Shown here piece by piece: positions 21,678 to 29,894 of a stretch of 37,060 bases of DNA. The stretch's first letter is position 1. Each line of letters starts with the position of its first letter. Origin of the DNA: a virus; IMG/VR virus record IMGVR_UViG_3300021376_004065; one strand, given 5' to 3'. The position numbers were made by a program, and so were the translations under genes. A model generated the notes under the pieces. It was not told the DNA's origin. It did no database searches and worked only from the letters and a program-made list of their open reading frames with translations.

Positions 21678-22288
21678 CCTAATACCTCGTCAATTGCTTC
21701 TCTTATTGTCCATCCTGCACCCTGTATTCGAGGAATAGTATCTAATGGCATGTCTTGCCAATTAAATCTAGATACCATTGATCCATCTCTAGATATAAGA
21801 AATTTTTCATATCCGTGAGATATTCGCGCTATTGCTTGACCAGCTAAGTTTTGATTTCTTTTTGCTCCCTCAGAATCGTTTGCCGCGTAGTCATCATAGT
21901 TTCTTTTTTCTATTCCTTTTAAGAAAGAGAAAACTTCGTGTTCGTTTTTTCCATTTACGTCTACTTTTTCAAATATTGGAAAAGTAACAAAACTATAGTG
22001 GTTTTCTATAAATTGTTTTATTTCTTCGTTTGATCCAGGTTCCATTGAGCCAAATTGATTATTTGGAAAAGCCAAAACAGAGAAACCTCTATTTTTAAAT
22101 TCATCGTGAACTTTTTGCAATTGCCAAAGCTGTCTACAGGTTCTTGCGTAAGACCATAAGTTAGAGCAATGGGGTGTGTATCCAGCTTTGGATGATATGT
22201 TTACCACAAGAACAACTTTTCCATTAAATGTCGAAAGGTAATCTTCTTTGCCGTCAATAGATGATACTTTTATATTATACAGTGACAT
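21674..22288 (-). CDS. Glutathione peroxidase-like protein with divergent active site
   Basis: GKVVLVVN, VLAFPNNQFG..EPG, TFPIFEKVDVNG and EKFLI are GPx-family signatures. Confidence 0.8.
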   Translation of the reverse strand: MSLYNIKVSSIDGKEDYLSTFNGKVVLVVNISSKAGYTPHCSNLWSYARTCRQLWQLQKVHDEFKNRGFSVLAFPNNQFGSMEPGSNEEIKQFIENHYSFVTFPIFEKVDVNGKNEHEVFSFLKGIEKRNYDDYAANDSEGAKRNQNLAGQAIARISHGYEKFLISRDGSMVSRFNWQDMPLDTIPRIQGAGWTIREAIDEVLG

Positions 22289-22577
22289 CTAGAACTCCTT
22301 CAAATGGTACTCTTAAGTATTCATCTATTTCTACAAAACCAGTCATTAAATTATTATTTATTAAACCAGTAAAATTAATTGTCGCGTCAATCGGCACTTG
22401 AGTTGTTTCTTTCCAGTGAATGCTTTTGTTATCTAAAAAAATTATAGAGTTTATTTTTAAAGTGCCATTATTATTTTGAACATCACCATAAAAGCCTTGT
22501 TCGTTAGAAAAAATATTTAAAATAAATATCTCCTCACCAAACGGTGTATTTACTGATATCTTCCATTTTCCTAACAT
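22275..22577 (-). CDS. Hypothetical beta-rich protein
   Basis: 100-aa ORF with AAGGA SD, overlapping the GPx-like start. Confidence 0.6.
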   Translation of the reverse strand: MLGKWKISVNTPFGEEIFILNIFSNEQGFYGDVQNNNGTLKINSIIFLDNKSIHWKETTQVPIDATINFTGLINNNLMTGFVEIDEYLRVPFEGVLDVTV

Positions 22578-22606
22578 ACAAATCCTTTTTCGTTAGTTCT
22601 TATAAT

Positions 22607-22615
22607 ATTATATCA
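22607..22615 (-). promoter_or_regulatory. Extended -10 promoter element (TGATATAAT)
   Basis: Exact TGnTATAAT 30 nt upstream of ATG 22577. Confidence 0.45.
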
Positions 22616-23380
22616 TAATGGTTGTTCAAAAACAAACAATTTTTCAGCATAACCAATTGGAGGATTATCTTTATGCCAAACGTTAATTCCCGTAATAAAA
22701 CGTTTTCCGCCAACTCCATTGGGAGTAGTTCCATGTATAATCATCCCAGCATCGAAAATAATTAATCTATTTGGTATGTATGCTATTTTGTCAACTTTAT
22801 TTTCTGGTTTATAAAACTTTTCTAAGGCTATTGCTCTTTCTTTGTTTTCTTCTTGAAAAGTAGCTAGCTGATATCTTTTTTCCATATCTATTTCAACTCT
22901 TCCAGAATGTATTTCTAGAAATCCAGCGTTATTATTTTCTTCAACATCAAAATGGGCATAGTAAACTGCGCCTAATACTGGACATCTAAATTCTCCAGTT
23001 CTTTCATATAGAAACGTATCTTCGTCCAAATGAAGCGGGAGGTATTGACCAGAGCTATAAGTTCTGGTCCAATATTCAAAACCTACTATATCTTCTTTAT
23101 CGCATGGTAGATTTGGTTCCCAAATTTGTTGAACTAATCTTTTTTTTACAGTATCGGCAGGGCTTTTCCACCATCCATCCCAAAACATCCATGGAGAATA
23201 GATTGAAGATTCTCCGTGATATATGTTCCCAGTTTTTAACTGTCTTGGATCGTCTCCCATTTTTTCTGGAAAAAAAGATGAATCGCTTTCTATGTCGTTG
23301 AGAAGTTCTTTGTCTTCTATATAGTTATCTATAATTTTAATTGTTTTTTGAGCATCTGTTATTTTTTTATCTTTATACAT
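22613..23380 (-). CDS. 2OG-Fe(II) oxygenase (5), HxDED subtype
   Basis: GFEYWTR...LHLDED...NRLIIFDAG..IHGT...KR. Confidence 0.75.
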   Translation of the reverse strand: MYKDKKITDAQKTIKIIDNYIEDKELLNDIESDSSFFPEKMGDDPRQLKTGNIYHGESSIYSPWMFWDGWWKSPADTVKKRLVQQIWEPNLPCDKEDIVGFEYWTRTYSSGQYLPLHLDEDTFLYERTGEFRCPVLGAVYYAHFDVEENNNAGFLEIHSGRVEIDMEKRYQLATFQEENKERAIALEKFYKPENKVDKIAYIPNRLIIFDAGMIIHGTTPNGVGGKRFITGINVWHKDNPPIGYAEKLFVFEQPL

Positions 23381-23391
23381 TTTATTTTACT

Positions 23392-24067
23392 TTATTCATA
23401 GTAAAAAGAATTTGATTTTAGTCCCGTTGGAGGAACGTCTTTGTGCCATACGTTTATAACCATTACTTCTCTCTTACCAGATAAAGCTGGTGTAGTATTA
23501 TGTATTGTATGCCCTACGTCAAAAATAACTAACCTGTTACCCTTGTATGCTATTCTTTCTCTAAATTCTACTGGAGAGATATAGTCACAAACGTATTCTT
23601 GTTCAAGAGCGCCTTGTGTATAATCTTGTAATTTTTTAGAATGAACTTCTAAAAAACCGCCATTTTCATTTTCGCAACCGATAGTATACACACCCTATTA
23701 TTGGTCCAGTATAAATTTTATCTTTTGCGTACAGAAAGGTATCTTCATCTACGTGAAACTGAAGATATTGACCTGGATGATATGTTCTTGTCCAATATTC
23801 AAAACCTAAAATATCATCTAAATTATACTCTAGATTATCTTCCCATATAAGTTTAATAATTTCTTTTTTAAGAGTATTTACAGGCGATCTCCACCATCCA
23901 TCCCAAAACATATAAGGGGCAAAACAACTTGCTGCCTCATTGTGATATGAGTTTATTTCAGTTGCTATTTTTTCTTTGTCTCCCATTGCAACGGGGAAGA
24001 ATGAGATATCTTTTGAAATTTTTTCTAACGTAGAAACATCTTTAATATAATTATCAATTATTTTCAT
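23392..24067 (-). CDS. 2OG-Fe(II) oxygenase (6), 224 aa, one gene joined by a +1 shift at CGG 23680-23678
   Basis: The 133-aa (FHVDED) and 99-aa (IHNT...KR) ORFs are the two halves of a paralogue of 22613..23380. C-skip gives ...GCVYY-G-CENENGGFLEVH versus GAVYYAHFDVEENNNAGFLEIH. Confidence 0.8.
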
Positions 24068-24076
24068 ATAATATTA

Positions 24077-24862
24077 TTATGTGAGGTTTTTAGTAACTAC
24101 CGTAAAACCAATAAAAGATGGAATATGATAACTGTTTGATCCAGTAAGCTCTCTTATATCATCATGCAGTTTAGTTGCTAATGACCCTACTGCATAACTA
24201 GTGTAGGAAACACTGAAGAAATTTGAATTATGAATAAAAATTGCTCCATTGTCTGAAAGTGCATCGTATAAATCTTTAAGAATATTTTCATTTGGATTTG
24301 AGGTCAAATATCCAAAACTGGTAATTATTAAATCAATACCGTTTGGTATAACCCCGTTCTGAATATCAAGTGGATCTAGAACATTCAGTTGCGTTTCTTT
24401 ATCCATGATAATTGCTTCTTCTCTGTACAAATTCTCATCATTTGGAACAAAAATGCTTATATCAAATTCTTTTTCAAGATACTCAAATGGTGTTCTCCAA
24501 AATTGTGGATCGGTAAAAAGCATTTTTTTAGGTTTTGATAATTGAATTATCATTTCAATTTGAGCTGCTTCGTATCTTCTTGCTGCTAACATTTCAATCA
24601 AATTTCTTGAAAGTATTTCGTATGTATGTAAATCACTGGGGAAACGGCCTATTGACTTTGTGGATCTATCAGCGTTGATTGACTTCTCAAATTCAAGCAC
24701 TTGGTGCGATCTTGTTTTTAATTTTTCATCTGTAATTAATTTTTGATATTTTGTTTTGCTTTTTTCAGCAGAGAAAGCCATACCCTGGAACATGTTCATC
24801 TCTTCGCTTCCCCTAAATAAAGAAGCTCTCTTTTTTTTGTATGATTCTGAATCTGTAGTCAT
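24077..24862 (-). CDS. Putative SAM-dependent methyltransferase-fold protein
   Basis: IDLII...LYDALSDNGAIFI resembles class I methyltransferase motifs; the glycine-rich motif I is not evident. Confidence 0.35.
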   Translation of the reverse strand: MTTDSESYKKKRASLFRGSEEMNMFQGMAFSAEKSKTKYQKLITDEKLKTRSHQVLEFEKSINADRSTKSIGRFPSDLHTYEILSRNLIEMLAARRYEAAQIEMIIQLSKPKKMLFTDPQFWRTPFEYLEKEFDISIFVPNDENLYREEAIIMDKETQLNVLDPLDIQNGVIPNGIDLIITSFGYLTSNPNENILKDLYDALSDNGAIFIHNSNFFSVSYTSYAVGSLATKLHDDIRELTGSNSYHIPSFIGFTVVTKNLT

Positions 24863-24863
24863 C

Positions 24864-25122
24864 TTAATTTCTCTTTTTTATATTTTGATAATAATAAAGT
24901 GTTTGCTGAGCTAGATCGCTTATCGTAAGCTGATGCTCTCTAACGGAAGTGGATACTGATCCCATTTCACTACCGTAATCCAGGATATGTTTGATGAATT
25001 TGATTTAACATTTCTTCAGGTGTAATTGTGTCAAGTTTACTTTCATCAAGTCCGATTGAAAAAAGAGTATACAATAAGTTATATTGTAAAAATCTAACGT
25101 GTTTCTGTTTGTCGTATTTCAT
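24864..25122 (-). CDS. Hypothetical 85-aa protein missed by the ORF track; needs a +1 shift at CGG 24975-24973
   Basis: ATG overlaps the upstream TGA (ATGA). MKYDKQKHVRFLQYNLLYTLFSIGLDESKLDTITPEEMLNQIHQTYPGL-[G]-SEMGSVSTSVREHQLTISDLAQQTLYYYQNIKKRN*; the stop is 1 nt before the next ATG. Confidence 0.7.
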
Positions 25123-25421
25123 GTATTCTCTTCATCTAAAGATTTTATTATTTCTTCTTTTATTGATTCTATTATTTTTGTAGATTTACTGTAGTCAAAA
25201 AAGACATTGCATTGATATTCTTCAGAGGCGTGCACTTTGTTAAGCACTTCTTTAGTTGAGATTTCGTTATTCATCCAACTAGATATAATCGTATTTCTTT
25301 CCTCTGTTGCTGTACCGTCTATTTCTAATAAGCCATTTACTCCCAGTGCCTCGACAGAATCCATATATGGGTCACCACATAATTCTGGTAAGTTTTTACT
25401 TTGAATAGGAATTTTGTTCAT
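25119..25421 (-). CDS. Hypothetical protein
   Basis: 100-aa ORF tightly packed in the operon. Confidence 0.6.
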   Translation of the reverse strand: MNKIPIQSKNLPELCGDPYMDSVEALGVNGLLEIDGTATEERNTIISSWMNNEISTKEVLNKVHASEEYQCNVFFDYSKSTKIIESIKEEIIKSLDEENT

Positions 25422-25427
25422 AGTAAA

Positions 25428-25646
25428 CTAGCTTTTTAGATTCTTTAGATCGATTATCGCATTACTTAAAACGACATGATGGCCATAGAGTGGATCTGAT
25501 TCATCTGGAATAACTATATTATTTTCGAGGGAAATAGTTTCTGGATTAATTGCAAGATCTAGGGCCAGTTGATAAATAAATTTTTCTTTTTGTTTTATTG
25601 CGCGAAGTTTTGCTTTATTTTTGTCGTTTTCTGAAATTTCAAACAT
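25428..25646 (-). CDS. Hypothetical protein
   Basis: 72 aa, AAGGA SD, overlaps the upstream stop. Confidence 0.6.
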   Translation of the reverse strand: MFEISENDKNKAKLRAIKQKEKFIYQLALDLAINPETISLENNIVIPDESDPLYGHHVVLSNAIIDLKNLKS

Positions 25647-25902
25647 ACAAATATCCTTTTTCTTTGATTAATAAATCAATTATTTTAAGTTTTTTTGTTA
25701 ACGTTAACATTGTTTTTTGAGTTGCATAACTTTTCATATTTTCAGTATCTTCTTCACTAAAAGAATAACTTGTTATTTCAAAATTTGGAAAGTATTCTTC
25801 GTTTAATCTAAAAAGACTCCAAATTTCTGTAATTGCTTTATCTTTTTCTATTAATAGCATATTTATTATATCATCCTTAGACAATAAATCATAAGCAGAC
25901 AC
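25639..25902 (-). CDS. Hypothetical protein
   Basis: 87 aa, GTG start with GAGG SD. Confidence 0.55.
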   Translation of the reverse strand: MSAYDLLSKDDIINMLLIEKDKAITEIWSLFRLNEEYFPNFEITSYSFSEEDTENMKSYATQKTMLTLTKKLKIIDLLIKEKGYLYV

Positions 25903-25967
25903 TTGAATACCTCTTCAAATTTAATACAAAAATTATACACTTATAGTAAATATATTTTCATCAAATA

Positions 25968-26669
25968 TCAATAAGGTTCTTTTAATTTAATTAATCCAGA
26001 ACTAGAAGGCCCTATTTTTTCTCCCTTTTCATTAATTCCGGTTTTAATACCCTTCATCCATGTCCATGGTTCTTCTGCATTCTTCTTCATCTTGGCTTCA
26101 CCATATGACATTCTTTGACTCATTAAATCTGGTTTATCCCATAAATTTTCTATTTTAAATTCAACAGACTCTAATAAATCATTTTTTATCATAGTAAAAT
26201 GCATAAATGGCATACCCTTAGCAAATACTACTGGTTCATTTATTTTAGTAATTTTCCAATTCATATTAAATTCATCAGGCCACCAAAAACTAGGTATAGT
26301 TGCCGATAACGGAACAGCGCCATCGACAAAGTAATTTGGAGATCCAGATATGAATGTACTATATCCATCCTCTGTTCCAAAGGTCCATCCAGTCGTAAAT
26401 GACATTATCCCAATAATGCTGGGAATAACAATTGCTCTATCATTTAGGGTTGCTCCCTCTAATACTTTTGGTGGACTATTTGTTCCATCCCACTCTACTA
26501 CAACATCTTGTTGAAGTATAAGTTCCCAACCACTAACATTGGCCACTGTCATTGGAAGACATTGATACGCGTGTTTGTTGTAAGTATCATCCATCCAGTC
26601 TCTTTTTAGTCGAGATTGTTTAATTTCTGGAGGATTTTGGTGAGTTTTTGTTAAGGTAAATAATGCCAT
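25968..26669 (-). CDS. DUF6065-like protein
   Basis: RDWMD...HAYQCLPMTVANVSGWEL...GSPN...F.MNWK recalled as the DUF6065 pattern. Confidence 0.65.
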   Translation of the reverse strand: MALFTLTKTHQNPPEIKQSRLKRDWMDDTYNKHAYQCLPMTVANVSGWELILQQDVVVEWDGTNSPPKVLEGATLNDRAIVIPSIIGIMSFTTGWTFGTEDGYSTFISGSPNYFVDGAVPLSATIPSFWWPDEFNMNWKITKINEPVVFAKGMPFMHFTMIKNDLLESVEFKIENLWDKPDLMSQRMSYGEAKMKKNAEEPWTWMKGIKTGINEKGEKIGPSSSGLIKLKEPY

Positions 26670-26671
26670 AC

Positions 26672-27376
26672 TTATTTCATTGGAGATAATAATTCAGAAT
26701 TAGATTCATTCGTCTTAGATGAATCTAAATATTTTGGAACGTTAGTTCCGTATTCAGTGTTTTTATGATTAGCATCGTTGTAATCATACATTGTTACCGC
26801 GCAATATTTTACTCCTTCAGTTACCTTTAGTCCAGCGTGAGCGAAAATAAATGTTGATGGAAAAAATATTACATCTCCTTTTTTAGCTTTTATTTTAATA
26901 TCGAGAAAAGGAAACCATAACTCTCCCCCTTGGTAATCGTCATTAAAATAGCCTATAGAAGACACTGTGCATGTGTAGGAAAACCCATGGTCAGAATGAA
27001 CAGAAAAATGTTGTCCATTTTTATATCTTACAAAATTAATAGCTTCCTGAAATTCCATAGTAAAGTTATATCTGCTTTGATAGTGCTGTAGACATTCATT
27101 TAAGACAGTATTTGTATCGTTGTATATATTTTCTATTTCTTTGAATTCTTCGCCCAAATGAGGCCAATGCACAGGACTGACTTTCAAGTCGACGCAGTCC
27201 CTATAATCTGGCATTTTCGTGTTGTAGCCCACCATCGCTTCGGACCATTTAAAAAATTCATGATTACTATTTCCTATTGTTTTTTCTAATCTTTCTGGAA
27301 TGTTTAGATTTTCTGGAATTGCATTCCTATAAAGATTTATTCCAAGTTTTGGATCACCAACATGATAATATTCCAT
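26672..27376 (-). CDS. 2OG-Fe(II) oxygenase (7), prolyl 4-hydroxylase-like
   Basis: RYKNGQHFSVHSD, NDDYQGGEL.F, AHAG, GVKY. Confidence 0.85.
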   Translation of the reverse strand: MEYYHVGDPKLGINLYRNAIPENLNIPERLEKTIGNSNHEFFKWSEAMVGYNTKMPDYRDCVDLKVSPVHWPHLGEEFKEIENIYNDTNTVLNECLQHYQSRYNFTMEFQEAINFVRYKNGQHFSVHSDHGFSYTCTVSSIGYFNDDYQGGELWFPFLDIKIKAKKGDVIFFPSTFIFAHAGLKVTEGVKYCAVTMYDYNDANHKNTEYGTNVPKYLDSSKTNESNSELLSPMK

Positions 27377-27396
27377 TTTAAACTCCTAAAGTTAGT

Positions 27397-27426
27397 TTGT
27401 GCTATTCGCATATTAAATGATATACT
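27397..27426 (+). promoter_or_regulatory. Sigma70-type promoter for the two plus-strand oxygenases
   Basis: TTGTGC-N18-TATACT with an extended TG, in the divergent intergenic gap. Confidence 0.45.
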
Positions 27427-27464
27427 ATTCTGACTAGATACGCATAGTTAGGATGAGAAAATAG

Positions 27465-28118
27465 ATGAAAAATCAAGACATTAAAAGTCTAGAAAATGCT
27501 GAAGAATCTTTAGTTTTTCCTGGTCATTTTGGTAGATCTATTAATAATATTAAAATACTTAAAAATTTTGTTGAATTAGAAGACTTAAAAACAATACAAA
27601 ATTTTCTTCCAACCATAAATGAATGGATGGATCCAGGAGAAAATCAATACGCAGAAGACGGAACTTGCACTTATGACGCATCCTACTGGGCAAATCGCCA
27701 ATGTAGTTATGACATTTTATCAAGGATAAATCTTGATATTTATAATTTAATTGATAAATATATTATAAAAATGCAGTGGTTTTTAGAAGATGAATTTAAG
27801 GTAAAATTAACTACTCGTCCACCAGTTATAATTAGATGGTTTCCAGGAACTGAACAGCAGCCTCATGCTGATAAGCAATTGAACGATGGGTCTCCAAATC
27901 CCTTTCCCACCTACGATATTAACTCCTTGCTTTATTACAATGATAATTTTGAAGGTGGCGAATTGTATTATCCTCAGCATGATTTGACTATAAGGCCGCA
28001 ACCTGGATTGGCTGTTGCTCATCCAGGCGATATTCATTACTTGCATGGTGTGAAAAAAATAATTAAAGGAGAAAGATATACAACTCCATCTTTTTATACA
28101 ATAAGTGAATTATTGTGA
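27465..28118 (+). CDS. 2OG-Fe(II) oxygenase (8)
   Basis: PHAD, YNDNFEGGELYY, LHGV, GERY. Confidence 0.85.
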   Translation: MKNQDIKSLENAEESLVFPGHFGRSINNIKILKNFVELEDLKTIQNFLPTINEWMDPGENQYAEDGTCTYDASYWANRQCSYDILSRINLDIYNLIDKYIIKMQWFLEDEFKVKLTTRPPVIIRWFPGTEQQPHADKQLNDGSPNPFPTYDINSLLYYNDNFEGGELYYPQHDLTIRPQPGLAVAHPGDIHYLHGVKKIIKGERYTTPSFYTISELL

Positions 28119-28672
28119 TTCATAAAATTAAAAATGAACTGTACAAGATTAGTTCATTCTTGAATGACGATGAATTTACGCAGTTGAGTGCTTATATAAA
28201 ACAGTCTCCGCTTTTAAGAAAAGAACCTATATACAACGAAAAAGAAGAAATATATTACCCAAGTGGAGAAGTTCTAACAACTTATTCCAGCTCATTCAAC
28301 TTTGCCGATATATTTATTCCCAGGGCGGTGGCTGCAATAAGGGAGTCTTATAGCGTTGATGTGTATCGTGAGGAAGGTGTTGGTATTACTGTTTTTTTTC
28401 CGGGAGAAGGACTTCCTTATCACTGGGACGGCTCAACTCTTGATTTGAAAACGCCAACTGGACATCCGCGCCGCGACATAAGCAGTATTTTTTATCCTGG
28501 TTCTTCATTTTCTGGTGGTCGTTTATGCTTTAAAAACCTTGATTTGGTGATAGAACCAGAAGAAAATATGTTTATTACATTTCCTTCTTCAGAGCTTTAT
28601 ACTCATAAAGTTGAAATAGTCACATCTGGGATGAGATATGCGTGTTCAAGTTTTTGGGCAATAAAGTATTAG
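28115..28672 (+). CDS. 2OG-Fe(II) oxygenase (9)
   Basis: YHWD, FSGGRL.F, THKV, GMRY; GTGA start/stop overlap. Confidence 0.85.
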   Translation: MIHKIKNELYKISSFLNDDEFTQLSAYIKQSPLLRKEPIYNEKEEIYYPSGEVLTTYSSSFNFADIFIPRAVAAIRESYSVDVYREEGVGITVFFPGEGLPYHWDGSTLDLKTPTGHPRRDISSIFYPGSSFSGGRLCFKNLDLVIEPEENMFITFPSSELYTHKVEIVTSGMRYACSSFWAIKY

Positions 28673-28701
28673 TTTTAGAAAAATTTTTGACTAAACTTGT
28701 A

Positions 28702-28962
28702 TTACTCCTCTATGAAAATACATTCGCCAGGACAATCCTCAGCTGATTGAATAACTTCGTCAAGCATCGTGTCGGGAAACTCGGTCGTTGCTATCATTTT
28801 TAATTTTGGCTCGCTTCCTTTCCCATCTGGGCCAAGCAAATTTGGCCAGCTGGGATCTTTCACGTAGGCAAGTCCATCCGAATGCATCATGAATACAGCC
28901 GGAGCGAGTTCCGTGCACAGGCCATCGCCAGTACATAAGTCTTGATCAATCCATACTTTCAT
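28702..28962 (-). CDS. Single-cluster ferredoxin ([3Fe-4S]/[4Fe-4S]), actinobacterial type
   Basis: MKVWIDQDLCTGDGLC...AEDCPGECI: CxxDxxC...CP motif. Confidence 0.85.
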   Translation of the reverse strand: MKVWIDQDLCTGDGLCTELAPAVFMMHSDGLAYVKDPSWPNLLGPDGKGSEPKLKMIATTEFPDTMLDEVIQSAEDCPGECIFIEE

Positions 28963-28967
28963 GAAGA

Positions 28968-29390
28968 TTAGTCTTCATCATCCATATCTTCTTCGTCCAT
29001 ACCGACATCGACCAACCCATCTGGTATGGCCGCTAGACGACAGCGTCCGCCTGGTTCTATCTTTTGTTTAATAATTTTACATACCGATTCCGACTCATGA
29101 AGTACACAGTTCTCGCAGCGCACGCCTATGTCGTAGTCGTCGTTCTCCGCTTTAGAAACATATCCAACCCATATTCCGTTGTTGTCCATATCAGAAAGCT
29201 TTCCATACTTTTGGGCAATCGACAATAAACTGTTAGCAAATTCTCTCTCGGCGGCGGACATTCTAACCCTGTCCATATCCGATACGTCGCAGCACGGCAT
29301 GGATTTTGAGGATCCCTTTTTAGCGGCTTCACTAATGTTCTTAGCTATGCTTTTTTGATAGTTTATATCTGATAGCCAATTATTAGACAT
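28968..29390 (-). CDS. Protein with C-terminal HiPIP-like 4-Cys domain
   Basis: Y...RCENCVLH....CKIIKQKIEPGGRC matches HiPIP cysteine spacing (CxxC...C...C). Confidence 0.5.
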   Translation of the reverse strand: MSNNWLSDINYQKSIAKNISEAAKKGSSKSMPCCDVSDMDRVRMSAAEREFANSLLSIAQKYGKLSDMDNNGIWVGYVSKAENDDYDIGVRCENCVLHESESVCKIIKQKIEPGGRCRLAAIPDGLVDVGMDEEDMDDED

Positions 29391-29404
29391 AGGTTTCAAT
29401 CTTA

Positions 29405-29894
29405 TTATTTAAAAATTGGTGGGAAGAACGGCGGGAAGAATGGCGGGAAGAATGGCGGGAAGAATGGTGGGAAAAAGGGTGGAAAGAATGGCGGGAAGAA
29501 TGGTGGAAACCATGGCGGAAAGTATGGTGGAAAGAATGGTGGAAAGAATGGTGGAAAGAATGGCGGGAAGAATGGCGGGAAGTACGGTGGGAAAAATGGT
29601 GGAAAAAACGGAGGAAAGAATGGTGGAAAGAACGGTGGAAAATATGGTGGGAAAAAAGGACTTTTTCTAGTATAATCCAAACTTGTTCCCAATGGTAGTA
29701 CCGTGCCTGCTGTAAGGTTTTGTGCGGTAACATCATTTTCTTCTGCCGGAACTGCAGTACTTACATCGGTAACAGTACCTACAGCAAAACCTGCTGTAGT
29801 TATTGTGGTGTTTGCTGTTGAAGATTTAGACCCGAACTACATTTGGGATTGAGTTTTTTCTTACTCCTGATTCATCACCTGTTATGTTACTCAT
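29405..29894 (-). CDS. PASTA-like domain plus (F/Y/W)FPP x20 protein, 162 aa; needs a +1 shift at CGG 29834-29832
   Basis: ATG directly follows the tail fibre TAA. MSNITGDESGVRKNSIPNVV-[G]-SKSSTANTTITTAGFAVGTVT...VTAQNLTAGTVLPLGTSLDY; PNVVG...A...AGF...V..Q...G is the PASTA pattern. Confidence 0.75.
29417..29656 (-). repeat. 12-bp coding tandem repeat, 20 units encoding xFPP
   Basis: Plus strand (T/C)GG(T/C/A)GG(A/G)AA(G/A)AA-type units with synonymous variation. Confidence 0.95.

Noticed and set aside
21674-22288. Selenocysteine in the GPx-like gene
   Set aside because: No in-frame TGA; the canonical position is an Ala codon.
29417-29656. Possible CRISPR array or non-coding satellite
   Set aside because: Units are 12 bp and contiguous with no spacers, and they are protein-coding.
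29383-29736. Alternative-frame and antisense ORFs over the first repeat (HHSF/RHSS-rich; MVGRMAGR-rich)
   Set aside because: By-products of a stop-free 12-bp repeat; variation is synonymous or conservative only in the FFPP frame, which also joins the PASTA-like domain.
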